Positions 40,020-49,468 of a stretch of 64,000 nucleotides of DNA are shown here, one piece after another. Below the pieces are notes generated by a model, which was not told the origin of the DNA, searched no databases, and saw nothing but the letters and a program-made list of their open reading frames with translations. The stretch lies in IMG/VR virus record IMGVR_UViG_3300035145_002419, positions 11,985-75,984 of that record; one strand, 5' to 3'. A program made the position numbers and the translations under genes. The stretch's first letter is position 1. Each line of letters starts with the position of its first letter. This DNA is from a virus.

Positions 40020-40658
40020 ATGTCAACACTCAGAACGATTACCGCATTTAAGTCAAAACTGGCAGGAGGGGGCGCACGCCCCAATCTGTTTGAAGTTGAA
40101 ATTCCCGCATTTCCAGCTGCTGTCAAAGAAGGTACTTGGGATCCCACCACTGCTAATGGTCAGGGTGATATGTTCCGTTTCATGTGTAAAGGAGCACAAC
40201 TTCCTGCCTCTAATATTGCAGAAATTCCTGTTCCTTTTAGAGGACGTATTTTAAAGGTTGCTGGAGACAGAACCTTTGATACATGGACCGTTACTATCAT
40301 CAATGATGAAAGTTTCATACTGAGAAATGCATTTGAATCATGGATGAATGCAATTAGTAGAACCGATACTAATACTGGTGCTACTAACCCAAGTTCTTAC
40401 ATGACTAATGCCCTGGTTCATCAACTTGGAAGAGGTTACTCAAAAGGAGCATTTTCAATAGCTGCTTCTGATTCGGGAGATAATACTTCAGTAACTCCAC
40501 TGAAATCTTACACATTCTTTGATATTTTCCCAACTGAAGTAAGTGCAATTGAACTTTCTTACGATAACAGTGATGTTATTGAAGAATTTACGGTTACTTT
40601 CCAAGTCCAATATTGGGCACCTGGAGTACTTACCGACGAAGGGGAAGATGACGATTAA
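40020..40658 (+). CDS. gp19: tail tube protein gp19
   Basis: GGARPNLFEV; LKVAGDRTFDTWTVT; IEEFTVTF. Confidence 0.95.
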   Translation: MSTLRTITAFKSKLAGGGARPNLFEVEIPAFPAAVKEGTWDPTTANGQGDMFRFMCKGAQLPASNIAEIPVPFRGRILKVAGDRTFDTWTVTIINDESFILRNAFESWMNAISRTDTNTGATNPSSYMTNALVHQLGRGYSKGAFSIAASDSGDNTSVTPLKSYTFFDIFPTEVSAIELSYDNSDVIEEFTVTFQVQYWAPGVLTDEGEDDD

Positions 40659-40665
40659 TATCTTT

Positions 40666-40673
40666 GATAAATA
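40666..40673 (+). promoter_or_regulatory. late promoter (GATAAATA)
   Basis: 30 nt upstream of gp20. Confidence 0.7.
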
Positions 40674-40703
40674 CTAGAAAGGAAATTTCTAGTAAAATAA
40701 ATC

Positions 40704-42365
40704 ATGGCAAATTTGTTTGGGTTCTCTATAGAGGACAACGAACCAGTATCGCCCACTACAGTGTCCCCCGTTCCTCCTTCAAACGAGGACGGGGTTGACC
40801 ATTATTTAAGTAGTGGGTTTTTTGGTTCTTATGTTGATATTGAAGGTGTATATCGTACAGAATTTGACCTTATTAAAAGATATCGTGAGATGGCACTTCA
40901 TCCAGAGTGTGATAGTGCAATTGAAGATATTGTAAATGAAGCTATTGTTTCCGATACTAATGATAGTCCTGTAGAAATTGAACTATCAAACTTGAATGCC
41001 AGCGATGGCATTAAGAAAAAAATTAGAGATGAGTTTAAATATATTCTAGAACTTTTAGATTTTGATCGTAAATCACACGAAATTTATAGAAATTGGTATA
41101 TTGATGGAAGACTTTATTATCATAAAGTAATTGATATGAAGAACCCTACTGAGGGTATTCAAGAATTGCGTTATATTGATGCAATGAAAATGCGTTATGT
41201 TCGTAAGCAGAAGAAGAGTAAAGAAGACATCTACCGCTTAGGGAATGTAGCAAAAGATAATCCAATGGAATACGAGTTTCCACAACTCGAAGAGTATTTC
41301 ATTTACAATCCAAAAACTTCTTATCCAACAACAAACCCAGCGACAATGGGTGGTCATGGTGGAATTAAGATGACCAAAGATGCAATCACATATTGTACTT
41401 CTGGTCTTGTAGATAGAAATAAAGGATCAACTCTTTCATACCTTCATAAGGCAATTAAATCTCTCAATCAACTTAGAATGATTGAAGATTCTCTGGTAAT
41501 TTATAGACTTTCAAGAGCACCAGAACGTCGTATTTTCTATATTGATGTTGGCAATCTTCCTAAAGTAAAAGCAGAGCAATATTTACGTGACGTAATGATG
41601 CGTTATAGAAATAAACTTGTATATGATGCAAACACAGGAGAAATTCGTGATGACAAAAAGTATATGTCTATGCTTGAAGACTTCTGGTTGCCTAGAAGGG
41701 AAGGAGGTCGTGGAACTGAAATTTCTACTCTTCCTGGAGGTCAAAACCTCGGAGAGATTACAGATATTGAATACTTTAAGAAAAAACTTTACCGGTCCCT
41801 TAATGTTCCGTCGAGTCGTATGGACGGGGAAGGAGGATTCAATCTGGGTAGATCCTCTGAGATTCTTAGAGATGAAGTAAAGTTCAGCAAATTTGTTGCA
41901 CGTTTGAGAAAGCGTTTCTCATATATGTTTAATGATATGTTGAAAACGCAGTTAATTCTTAAAAATATTATTACTCCAGAAGACTGGAATAGTATGGAAG
42001 AGCATATTCAGTATGACTTCCTTTATGATAATCACTTTGCAGAATTAAAAGATACTGAATTATTAACGGAAAGATTGACAATGGTTCAAACTGCAGAACC
42101 ATATGTTGGAAAGTATTTCTCACAAGATTACTTGAGAAGAAATATTCTACGTCAAACTGACCAAGAAATTATTGAACAAGATAAACTTATTAAGAAAGAA
42201 ATTGATAGTGGAATCATTCCAGATCCAGCAACTATTGATCCTGAAACTGGAATGCCTTTCCAAGATCCATCTATGGATTTAGGTAAACCAGTAATGGAAC
42301 CTGAAGTAGATGGTTCTTCGACCGAAGCACCTGAGATAAAAATACCTAAGGGTGGAGAAATTTAA
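40704..42365 (+). CDS. gp20: portal vertex protein gp20
   Basis: YRLSRAPERRIFYIDVGNLPK; EDFWLPRREGGRGTEI. Confidence 0.98.
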   Translation: MANLFGFSIEDNEPVSPTTVSPVPPSNEDGVDHYLSSGFFGSYVDIEGVYRTEFDLIKRYREMALHPECDSAIEDIVNEAIVSDTNDSPVEIELSNLNASDGIKKKIRDEFKYILELLDFDRKSHEIYRNWYIDGRLYYHKVIDMKNPTEGIQELRYIDAMKMRYVRKQKKSKEDIYRLGNVAKDNPMEYEFPQLEEYFIYNPKTSYPTTNPATMGGHGGIKMTKDAITYCTSGLVDRNKGSTLSYLHKAIKSLNQLRMIEDSLVIYRLSRAPERRIFYIDVGNLPKVKAEQYLRDVMMRYRNKLVYDANTGEIRDDKKYMSMLEDFWLPRREGGRGTEISTLPGGQNLGEITDIEYFKKKLYRSLNVPSSRMDGEGGFNLGRSSEILRDEVKFSKFVARLRKRFSYMFNDMLKTQLILKNIITPEDWNSMEEHIQYDFLYDNHFAELKDTELLTERLTMVQTAEPYVGKYFSQDYLRRNILRQTDQEIIEQDKLIKKEIDSGIIPDPATIDPETGMPFQDPSMDLGKPVMEPEVDGSSTEAPEIKIPKGGEI

Positions 42366-42371
42366 TAAATA
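42364..42371 (+). promoter_or_regulatory. late promoter (AATAAATA)
   Basis: Overlaps gp20 stop. Confidence 0.65.
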
Positions 42372-42398
42372 GTATTACTGTTTACCTTTCAACATAAA

Positions 42399-42566
42399 AT
42401 GGATGAAGTTTTGGATATGATTATTGCTGATGAGTCTCCCTCACAGATTAGCGATAAAATTAAGGATATTCTTTATGCAAAATCTGCCGATAAGATTAAT
42501 GATCACAAACCGGTAGTAGCAAATTCTATGTTTGATACCGCTGTAGGTACTGAAGAAGAAGGCTAA
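42399..42566 (+). CDS. small acidic protein (55 aa) at the gp67 prohead-core position; not in ORF track
   Basis: Manual translation MDEVLDMIIADESPSQISDKIKDILYAKSADKINDHKPVVANSMFDTAVGTEEEG; between gp20 and gp21. Confidence 0.7.
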   Translation: MDEVLDMIIADESPSQISDKIKDILYAKSADKINDHKPVVANSMFDTAVGTEEEG

Positions 42567-42567
42567 T

Positions 42568-42575
42568 TATAAATA
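42568..42575 (+). promoter_or_regulatory. canonical T4 late promoter TATAAATA
   Basis: Exact consensus 22 nt upstream of ATG 42598. Confidence 0.8.
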
Positions 42576-42597
42576 AAATATACTAACACGTAGAATA

Positions 42598-42867
42598 ATG
42601 GCAAGAACATTACTAGTCGGTGCAGAAATTGCTTGTCCTACTACAGCTGGTGCAGCTACTAGTTTTAGTGAGGCAACTGTGGTTCGTTTAGTGAACACTC
42701 ATACAAGTGCTCACCTTGTAACTGTACTTGAAACACAAAGTGGCACTGGTGTAGGATCAATGACTATTCCACCAAATGGTGTTGAATATCTTGAGAAAAA
42801 ACCATCTCATGTTGTATTTGCTGCAAATGCAGGTGTGAAAGGAGCACAAGTAGGATTCACCGGGTAA
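42598..42867 (+). CDS. conserved hypothetical beta-rich protein, probably virion-associated
   Basis: 89-aa ORF behind a late promoter in the head module. Confidence 0.7.
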   Translation: MARTLLVGAEIACPTTAGAATSFSEATVVRLVNTHTSAHLVTVLETQSGTGVGSMTIPPNGVEYLEKKPSHVVFAANAGVKGAQVGFTG

Positions 42868-42871
42868 TCAA

Positions 42872-43528
42872 ATGAAACTAATCAGAGAAGAAATCGAATC
42901 AGTAAAAGTTATTACTGAAGCAACCAAATCTGGAGGCAAAAACCTCTTCATCGAAGGTGTTTTCTTGCAAGGAAATATCTGCAACAGAAATGGTCGTATG
43001 TATCCAATGGAAACGCTTCGTCGTGAAGTTGGAAGATATAACGAAAATCATGTTGCAACTGGAAGAGCACTTGGGGAACTGGGTCATCCTGATGGTCCTA
43101 CTGTCAATCTTGACAGAGTTTCGCATAAGATTGTCTCTTTAAAAGAATCTGGTTCCAACTTTATTGGAAAAGCAAAGATTCTTGAATCTACCCCAATGGG
43201 TAAAATTGCATCATCTTTATTAAGTGAAGGTGTCAAACTTGGTGTTTCTTCTCGAGGTATTGGTTCATTGAAACCAACCAAAGAAGGTTTCAATGTTGTT
43301 GGTGAAGATTTTATGCTTGCTACAGCAGCAGATATTGTTGCTGATCCATCTGCTCCCGATGCTTTTGTTGAGGGAATCATGGAAGGAAAAGAATGGATCT
43401 GGGAAGGAAACATTCTTCGTGAAAAGAAAGCAGAGGAGATCAAGAATGCTATTGATGTTCTTGCTGGACGTAAAGAACTTGAGGAACATAAGTTAAACTT
43501 GTTTAACGACTTCCTTAATTCACTATAA
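42872..43528 (+). CDS. gp21: prohead protease gp21
   Basis: NRNGRMYP; ALGELGHP; GVSSRG; DIVADPSAPDA. Confidence 0.96.
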   Translation: MKLIREEIESVKVITEATKSGGKNLFIEGVFLQGNICNRNGRMYPMETLRREVGRYNENHVATGRALGELGHPDGPTVNLDRVSHKIVSLKESGSNFIGKAKILESTPMGKIASSLLSEGVKLGVSSRGIGSLKPTKEGFNVVGEDFMLATAADIVADPSAPDAFVEGIMEGKEWIWEGNILREKKAEEIKNAIDVLAGRKELEEHKLNLFNDFLNSL

Positions 43529-43548
43529 ATTATTGTAATTTCTTAATT

Positions 43549-43556
43549 TATAAATA
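43549..43556 (+). promoter_or_regulatory. canonical T4 late promoter TATAAATA (gp22-gp23)
   Basis: Exact consensus; GGAG RBS follows. Confidence 0.8.
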
Positions 43557-43592
43557 AATATAGTTTTAATAAACGGAAAACGGAGAGTTCAA

Positions 43593-44747
43593 ATGTCTCG
43601 TGGCAACGATTTACAAGAAATGGAAGTAGGCACTGCTCAATCCAAAACTGCAGTTAACTCTGGTGCGAAAGCAGCAGATCCTATGCCTAGCGGTCCTAAC
43701 GGAGCATCTACACCTGGTCAAGGTTCTGTAGAAGACCTCGGTGGTCCTACCCCCGAAAACTACAAACCTGATGACGATTCTGCAAAACTTAAGACTGATG
43801 GTCTTAAGACTGTAAAAGATATCGTCAACAAGGGAGCGAAACCTGCAGATCCTATGCCTAAGATGGCAAAGGAAGAGGAAGAGTTAGATTCCGAAGAAGT
43901 AATTGCAGAGGACGAAACTACTGAAGAGGAAGTAGTAGCAGAAGCAGAAACCACCGAAGAAGAAGTGGTTGCTGAAGAAGAAACTACCGAAGAAGAAGTA
44001 GTTGCAGAGGCACCCGAATTCACTGAGATTGATGTCGAAGAAGATGTCAAAGCACTCCTCGGTGAAGAAGAACTTTCCGAAGAGTTCAAAGAAAAGGCAA
44101 AGACCATCTTTGAAGCAGCACTTAAGTCTAAAGTTGCTGATCTCAAAGAAGCACTTGAAGCAAGATATGAATCTGCACTTGCAGAAGAAGTATCTACAAT
44201 CAAGTCCGCTTTAACTGAGCGTGTTGATTCATACCTCGAATATGTTTCTGAGGAATGGATCAGCGAAAACAAACTCGCTGTTGAAGCGGGTCTTAAGACT
44301 GAAATGACCGAATCGTTCCTTTCTGGAATGAAGGGTCTTTTTGAAGAACATTATGTACAAATCCCTGAAGACAAATATGATGTGCTTGAGAGCATGGTAG
44401 AAAAACTTGATGATATGGAGACTAAACTCAACGAGCAAATTGAGAAGAATGTTTCCCTTAACAAGCGTCTCTCTGAGTCGGTTGCTGATGGAATCCTTGA
44501 TGAAGTTTCTGAAGGACTTGCGTCCACCCAGAAAGATAAGCTCGCTTCACTTTCCGAAAGTGTAGAGTTTGAAAGCGAAGAACAATATCGTGAAAAGTTG
44601 GAGACTCTGAAGGAAGCATATTTCACTAAGAAAGCATCTTCAACTGCTAAGACTGAAACCCTTTCTGAGGGTGTAAGCAATGGTCATGAGTCTTACTCAC
44701 CTTCCATGGCTGCATACCTGAGAACCATGGGTTCAATTAGCAAATAA
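43593..44747 (+). CDS. gp22: prohead core scaffold gp22
   Basis: LSEEFKEKAKTIFEAA; VDSYLEYV..EW; acidic coiled coil between gp21 and gp23. Confidence 0.93.
   Translation: MSRGNDLQEMEVGTAQSKTAVNSGAKAADPMPSGPNGASTPGQGSVEDLGGPTPENYKPDDDSAKLKTDGLKTVKDIVNKGAKPADPMPKMAKEEEELDSEEVIAEDETTEEEVVAEAETTEEEVVAEEETTEEEVVAEAPEFTEIDVEEDVKALLGEEELSEEFKEKAKTIFEAALKSKVADLKEALEARYESALAEEVSTIKSALTERVDSYLEYVSEEWISENKLAVEAGLKTEMTESFLSGMKGLFEEHYVQIPEDKYDVLESMVEKLDDMETKLNEQIEKNVSLNKRLSESVADGILDEVSEGLASTQKDKLASLSESVEFESEEQYREKLETLKEAYFTKKASSTAKTETLSEGVSNGHESYSPSMAAYLRTMGSISK
43893..44012 (+). repeat. about 3.6 copies of a 33-nt (11-aa) coding tandem repeat EEV(I/V)AExETTE
   Basis: EEVIAEDETTE / EEVVAEAETTE / EEVVAEEETTE / EEVVAEA. 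Confidence 0.85.
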
Positions 44748-44802
44748 TTGAATTTAATATAATTCAAACCACAAACCGTACACTAAATTAGGTAAAAAGC
44801 AA

Positions 44803-46239
44803 ATGTTCCAATCCGAACAGTTGCAGGAAAAGTGGGCACCTCTCCTCAATCATGAGGGTTGCGAGTCAATTAAAGATTCCCATCGTAGAGCTGTAACCGC
44901 TGTCCTGCTCGAAAACCAAGAAAAATTCCTTCGTGAGCAAGCTGCATTTGAAGGCGGCAATGTTCAATCCCTGATGGAGGCACCAACCAACTCTGGTAAC
45001 GCTGCTGGCGCACAAGGCGCTTTCGGTGGTGGTTCGCCTGAAGGTGGTCCTACCGCAGGTTTCGATCCAGTTCTGATCTCCTTGATCAGACGCTCCATGC
45101 CTAACCTGGTCGCTTATGACCTCGCTGGCGTTCAGCCAATGTCTGGTCCTACCGGACTGATCTTCGCAATGCGCTCCCGCTACACCAATCAGAGCGGAAC
45201 CGAGGCATTCTTCGACGAAGCAGACACCGCATTCTCTGCACAGAACAAGGGAATGGGTGCAGGTATCGATCAAGACTTCGCTGATAACGTTGCTGGTATT
45301 GGTACTACTACTCAGGCAGGTTCTAACCCAGCACTCCTGAACCCTGTTGGTACTGCTACATCCACAGCATATAACGTTGCTGGTGGTATGCCTACTGGCG
45401 ATGCTGAAGCACTTGATGGAACCGGTGCAAGTGCATTCAACCAGATGGCATTCTCGATTGAGAAGGTCACTGTAACCGCTAAGTCCAGAGCACTGAAGGC
45501 AGAATACAGCCTTGAGCTTGCACAGGATCTGAAGGCGATTCATGGTCTGAATGCAGAAGCTGAGTTGGCAAACATTCTGTCAACTGAGATTCTTGCTGAA
45601 ATCAACCGTGAAGTCATCAGAACCATCTATAAGGTTGCTGAGCAAGGTGCTGTACAAAACACCGCTACCGCTGGTGTATTCGACCTCGACGTTGATTCCA
45701 ACGGTCGCTGGTCTGTTGAGAAGTTCAAGGGTCTTCTGTTCCAAATCGAGCGCGATGCAAACGCAATCGCACAAAGAACTCGTCGCGGAAAGGGCAACAT
45801 CATCCTCTGTTCTGCAGACGTTGCATCCGCCCTCACCATGGCAGGCGTTCTCGATTACACCCCTGCACTCAACGCCAACCTTAACGTTGATGACACTGGT
45901 AACACCTTCGCTGGTGTTCTGCAAGGTAAGTATCGTGTATACATCGATCCTTATTCTGCTAACCTCACTTCCGCAAACGGAACCCCAGGCAACCAGTACT
46001 ATGTCGTCGGTTACAAGGGTACTTCCCCTTACGACGCTGGTCTGTTCTACTGCCCATATGTTCCCCTCCAGATGGTTCGTGCCGTTGGAGAGAACTCCTT
46101 CCAGCCCAAGATTGGCTTCAAGACCCGCTATGGTCTGGTTGCCAACCCATTCGCAGAAGGAACCGACGCAGGTCTGGGTCGTCTCAAGGTCAATGCAAAC
46201 CGCTACTATCGTCGCGTTGCAGTCAAGAACCTCATGTGA
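44803..46239 (+). CDS. gp23: major capsid protein gp23
   Basis: GVQPMSGPTGLIFAMR; KSRALKAEYSLELAQDLKAIHGL; YCPYVPL; FQPKIGFKTRYG. Confidence 0.99.
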   Translation: MFQSEQLQEKWAPLLNHEGCESIKDSHRRAVTAVLLENQEKFLREQAAFEGGNVQSLMEAPTNSGNAAGAQGAFGGGSPEGGPTAGFDPVLISLIRRSMPNLVAYDLAGVQPMSGPTGLIFAMRSRYTNQSGTEAFFDEADTAFSAQNKGMGAGIDQDFADNVAGIGTTTQAGSNPALLNPVGTATSTAYNVAGGMPTGDAEALDGTGASAFNQMAFSIEKVTVTAKSRALKAEYSLELAQDLKAIHGLNAEAELANILSTEILAEINREVIRTIYKVAEQGAVQNTATAGVFDLDVDSNGRWSVEKFKGLLFQIERDANAIAQRTRRGKGNIILCSADVASALTMAGVLDYTPALNANLNVDDTGNTFAGVLQGKYRVYIDPYSANLTSANGTPGNQYYVVGYKGTSPYDAGLFYCPYVPLQMVRAVGENSFQPKIGFKTRYGLVANPFAEGTDAGLGRLKVNANRYYRRVAVKNLM

Positions 46240-46259
46240 TCCAAGTTTCACATGTCATC

Positions 46260-46284
46260 AAGGACCCTTCGGGGTCCTTTTTTT
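46260..46284 (+). terminator. intrinsic terminator with C(UUCG)G tetraloop after gp23
   Basis: AAGGACCC-TTCG-GGGTCCTT followed by T tract. Confidence 0.92.
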
Positions 46285-46293
46285 ATGCCTACA

Positions 46294-46301
46294 GATAAAT
46301 A
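46294..46301 (+). promoter_or_regulatory. late promoter (GATAAATA)
   Basis: Just after the terminator, before gp3. Confidence 0.7.
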
Positions 46302-46316
46302 GTCAAAAAGAATAAA

Positions 46317-46877
46317 ATGACATCATCTTATCTTTCAAGACAGATAGAGAATAGAAATTTTTTATCGCCAACTGGATTTAAATTTATTTTAAATCGAGCA
46401 CCCAAAGTTGCATTCTTCAGTAATTCTGCTAATATTCCATCGTTGGAATTAGGTTCTGCAGTACAAACAACTTATTTGAAAGACCTTGATATTCCTGGTG
46501 ACAAAATTGTCTTTGAGGATTTCAGTCTGAGATTCTTAGTTGATGAAGACTTGAAAAACTATATGGAGATTCAAAACTGGATACGTGGTCTTGGATTTCC
46601 TGAATCTTTAAATGAAATAAGAGAACTTCAAAAAGGAACTCCAAACATTGAGACATCTTCTTCAGGTGGAATGGATATCTATTCAGATGGAACTTTGACA
46701 GTTCTTGGTAGTAGTATGAGACCTAACTTCTTAGTTAAGTTTAGTGATCTTTATCCATATAGTCTGTCAACATTAAACTTTGATGCCACAGAAACTGATG
46801 TGGATTACTTTACAGCAGACGTTTCTTTCAAGTATACTGTCTATAATATAACTGATTTAAATGGCGATCCTTTATGA
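46317..46877 (+). CDS. gp3: tail tube terminator/completion protein gp3
   Basis: NFLSPTGFKF; PGDKI..F..LRFLVDEDLKNYMEIQNW; SDGTL. Confidence 0.88.
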   Translation: MTSSYLSRQIENRNFLSPTGFKFILNRAPKVAFFSNSANIPSLELGSAVQTTYLKDLDIPGDKIVFEDFSLRFLVDEDLKNYMEIQNWIRGLGFPESLNEIRELQKGTPNIETSSSGGMDIYSDGTLTVLGSSMRPNFLVKFSDLYPYSLSTLNFDATETDVDYFTADVSFKYTVYNITDLNGDPL

Positions 46878-47308
46878 TTGATCTTGATAAACTTCAAGGA
46901 ATGTGGGAAAAGGATTCTAAAATTGATATGGATAATCTTCATACAGAATCAACAAATATTCCCACACTTCATGCAAAGTATTTTGAACTATATAATACAG
47001 TGTTTCTTCTTAGAAAAAAAGCAGAACAACAAAGAAAAAACATTAGACATGAACGGTATGAATATTTCAGTGGAAAAGCAGATCCTGATGTATACATAGA
47101 AAATCCGTTTCCAAAAAAGATTAGAGATAAAGATACTATGCAGAAGTATCTTGACGCTGATGAAAAATTATCTTCAGTATGCTTGAAAATTGACTATTAT
47201 GATACAATGCTAGTTTATATTGAGAGTATACTTAAACAGATAACTAATAGAACTTATCAAATCAAAAACGCAATAGAATTCATGAGATTTAACGCGGGGT
47301 TAGGATGA
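46874..47308 (+). CDS. uvsY: recombination mediator UvsY
   Basis: DSKID..L..ES..IP.LHAKY; YQIKNAIEF; upstream of uvsW. Confidence 0.9.
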   Translation: MIDLDKLQGMWEKDSKIDMDNLHTESTNIPTLHAKYFELYNTVFLLRKKAEQQRKNIRHERYEYFSGKADPDVYIENPFPKKIRDKDTMQKYLDADEKLSSVCLKIDYYDTMLVYIESILKQITNRTYQIKNAIEFMRFNAGLG

Positions 47309-47526
47309 TGTCGGACGATTGGATTTATGAAAGTGAAGATTTTGATCCGGATGAAACTTACATAGAGTTGCAGTTTGGTTCTGAGGACTTACATCTTCTC
47401 TACAAATCCGTTTGCGTACACTTAGATAAATGGCCAGGTGGAGATCCTGATGAGCAAGAAAGACTTCAATACTTAAAGAATTTTTTATACAGAATAGTTC
47501 TTGAATATAAGTATAATATGAAATAA
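47305..47526 (+). CDS. hypothetical protein
   Basis: 73 aa; ATGA-coupled to uvsY; WPGGDPDEQ motif. Confidence 0.7.
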   Translation: MMSDDWIYESEDFDPDETYIELQFGSEDLHLLYKSVCVHLDKWPGGDPDEQERLQYLKNFLYRIVLEYKYNMK

Positions 47527-47532
47527 TAAATA
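47525..47532 (+). promoter_or_regulatory. late promoter (AATAAATA) for uvsW
   Basis: 15 nt upstream of uvsW ORF. Confidence 0.6.
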
Positions 47533-47547
47533 TCTTCAGATGTATGG

Positions 47548-49032
47548 ATGCATGTGATTGATACAACAGCAAATCTTGTTATATCCAAATCAAACGAAGT
47601 ATTTTTAAAAATTAACACAGAACCACATATTGAATACGAACTTAGAGACCATTTTAAGTTTGAAGTTCCTAATGCAAAGTTTATGCCACAATATCGTGGT
47701 AGAAATTGGAACGGAGAAATTCATCTATACGATATGCGTTCTAAGCAGATCTATGTTGGTTTATTAGATAAGATTGTGAATTTCTGTAAGCAGTATGGTT
47801 ACACTTACAGATTTCAAGATAATAAATTTTATGGCACTCCATATGAAGAGAATGACAATATCTCAATGGAAGGTGTCAAAGATTATATGCATTCCATTTG
47901 TGCCCATACTCCCAGGAAATACCAGATTGAGGGAGTATATGGTGCCCTAAAGCATAATAGAAAGTTATTGATAAGCCCCACTGCATCTGGCAAATCACTG
48001 ATGATTTATTCTCTAGTAAGATACTATGTTGATAAAGGTGAAAAAATTCTTCTAGTTGTTCCGACGACATCTCTTGTAGAACAGATGTATAAGGATTTTC
48101 TTGATTATGGTTGGAATGCTGACTCATATTGCCATCGTATATATTCTGGTAAAGAAAAAAGTAATGATGCCCCTGTAACCATCACCACTTGGCAGTCTGT
48201 ATATAAACTTGATCGTTCTTTCTTTGAAGACTATGGTGTAATTATAGGCGATGAAGCACATTTATTCAAGTCTAAGTCTTTGATTCAGATTATGACAAAG
48301 CTTCATCATGCAAAGTATAGATTTGGTTTCACAGGAACTTTAGACGGCACACAGACGCATAAATGGGTCTTAGAAGGATTGTTTGGACCTTCATATAAAG
48401 TCACTAGAACTGAAGAATTAATGAGGCAAGGACATCTATCACAGTTAGATATCCAGTGTCTTGTACTTAAACATCCGCCTCAGAAGTTTGAAGTGTATGA
48501 AGATGAAATTCAATATCTAATTGGACATGAACAAAGAAATAAATTTATTACCAATCTAACTTTGGATCTGAAAGGAAATACTCTTGTGCTATTCAGTAGA
48601 GTAGAAGCACATGGTGCCATACTTTTCGATCAAATAAATACTAATAAGAGTGAAGGTAGAAAAGTATTTTTTGTTCACGGTGGTATTGACGCTGAAGAAC
48701 GGGAATTGGTAAGGGAAATAACAGAAAGAGAAAACAACGCAATTATCGTTGCCTCTTATGGAACTTTTTCTACAGGCATTAATATTAAAAAACTCCATAA
48801 TGTTATCTTTGCATCTCCAAGCAAATCAAGAATCAGAAATTTACAATCAATTGGTAGAGTACTTAGAAAAGGAAAAGATAAGACTAAAGCAGTCCTCTAC
48901 GACATCTCTGATGATTGTTCTACTAAATCAAGACGAAACTATACTTTGAATCATTTTATAGAGCGTATTAAAATCTACAATGAAGAAAAGTTTAATTATG
49001 AAATAATCACCATACAACTAAAGGAAAAATGA
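47548..49032 (+). CDS. uvsW: SF2 helicase UvsW
   Basis: SPTASGKS; DEAH; GFTGT; QSIGRVLR. Confidence 0.95.
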   Translation: MHVIDTTANLVISKSNEVFLKINTEPHIEYELRDHFKFEVPNAKFMPQYRGRNWNGEIHLYDMRSKQIYVGLLDKIVNFCKQYGYTYRFQDNKFYGTPYEENDNISMEGVKDYMHSICAHTPRKYQIEGVYGALKHNRKLLISPTASGKSLMIYSLVRYYVDKGEKILLVVPTTSLVEQMYKDFLDYGWNADSYCHRIYSGKEKSNDAPVTITTWQSVYKLDRSFFEDYGVIIGDEAHLFKSKSLIQIMTKLHHAKYRFGFTGTLDGTQTHKWVLEGLFGPSYKVTRTEELMRQGHLSQLDIQCLVLKHPPQKFEVYEDEIQYLIGHEQRNKFITNLTLDLKGNTLVLFSRVEAHGAILFDQINTNKSEGRKVFFVHGGIDAEERELVREITERENNAIIVASYGTFSTGINIKKLHNVIFASPSKSRIRNLQSIGRVLRKGKDKTKAVLYDISDDCSTKSRRNYTLNHFIERIKIYNEEKFNYEIITIQLKEK

Positions 49033-49427
49033 TAGAAGATGACTTTTACGCAACAATTAAGTTTAAATCGGGTGAAGAAATATTTTGTAAAGTAGCTGCT
49101 ACGGAAGAAGAAGACAGAACACTTCTTTTAATATCACATCCAATTACAGTATGTGAGTTAAGGGGAAGAGGAGGTGTTGTAGGCTACAAGGTGGAACCTT
49201 GGTTAAAAACAAGTACTGAGGATATGCTAATCGTAAATATGTGTGATGTTCTTACAATGTCTGAATCGAGTGATATAGAAATGATTATGGTATATCAAAA
49301 TTTTGTAAGACAATCAGATAAGAAAGATTCTAATGATTATAAACTAGATCGTAAGATGGGATATCTTGGAAATGTAAACGATACTAAAGAGATATTAGAG
49401 AAGATATTTAAGAGTAGCCAAGACTAA
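49029..49427 (+). CDS. conserved hypothetical protein (Sm-like, KxxSGEEI)
   Basis: IKFKSGEEIF..EPW; between uvsW and gp55. Confidence 0.75.
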   Translation: MIEDDFYATIKFKSGEEIFCKVAATEEEDRTLLLISHPITVCELRGRGGVVGYKVEPWLKTSTEDMLIVNMCDVLTMSESSDIEMIMVYQNFVRQSDKKDSNDYKLDRKMGYLGNVNDTKEILEKIFKSSQD

Positions 49428-49468
49428 CCTTCAAACCCAACAAAGTTATTCTACTTGGATTATAAAAC

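Noticed and set aside
35836-46239. Introns or inteins in gp17, gp18, gp20, gp23
   Set aside because: ORFs are continuous and of ordinary length, with no intein or homing-endonuclease motifs seen
44866-46315. Long alternative ORFs over gp23 (225 and 223 aa antisense, 254 aa sense-shifted)
   Set aside because: Expected shadows of strong codon bias in the capsid gene; no recognisable motifs or expression signals
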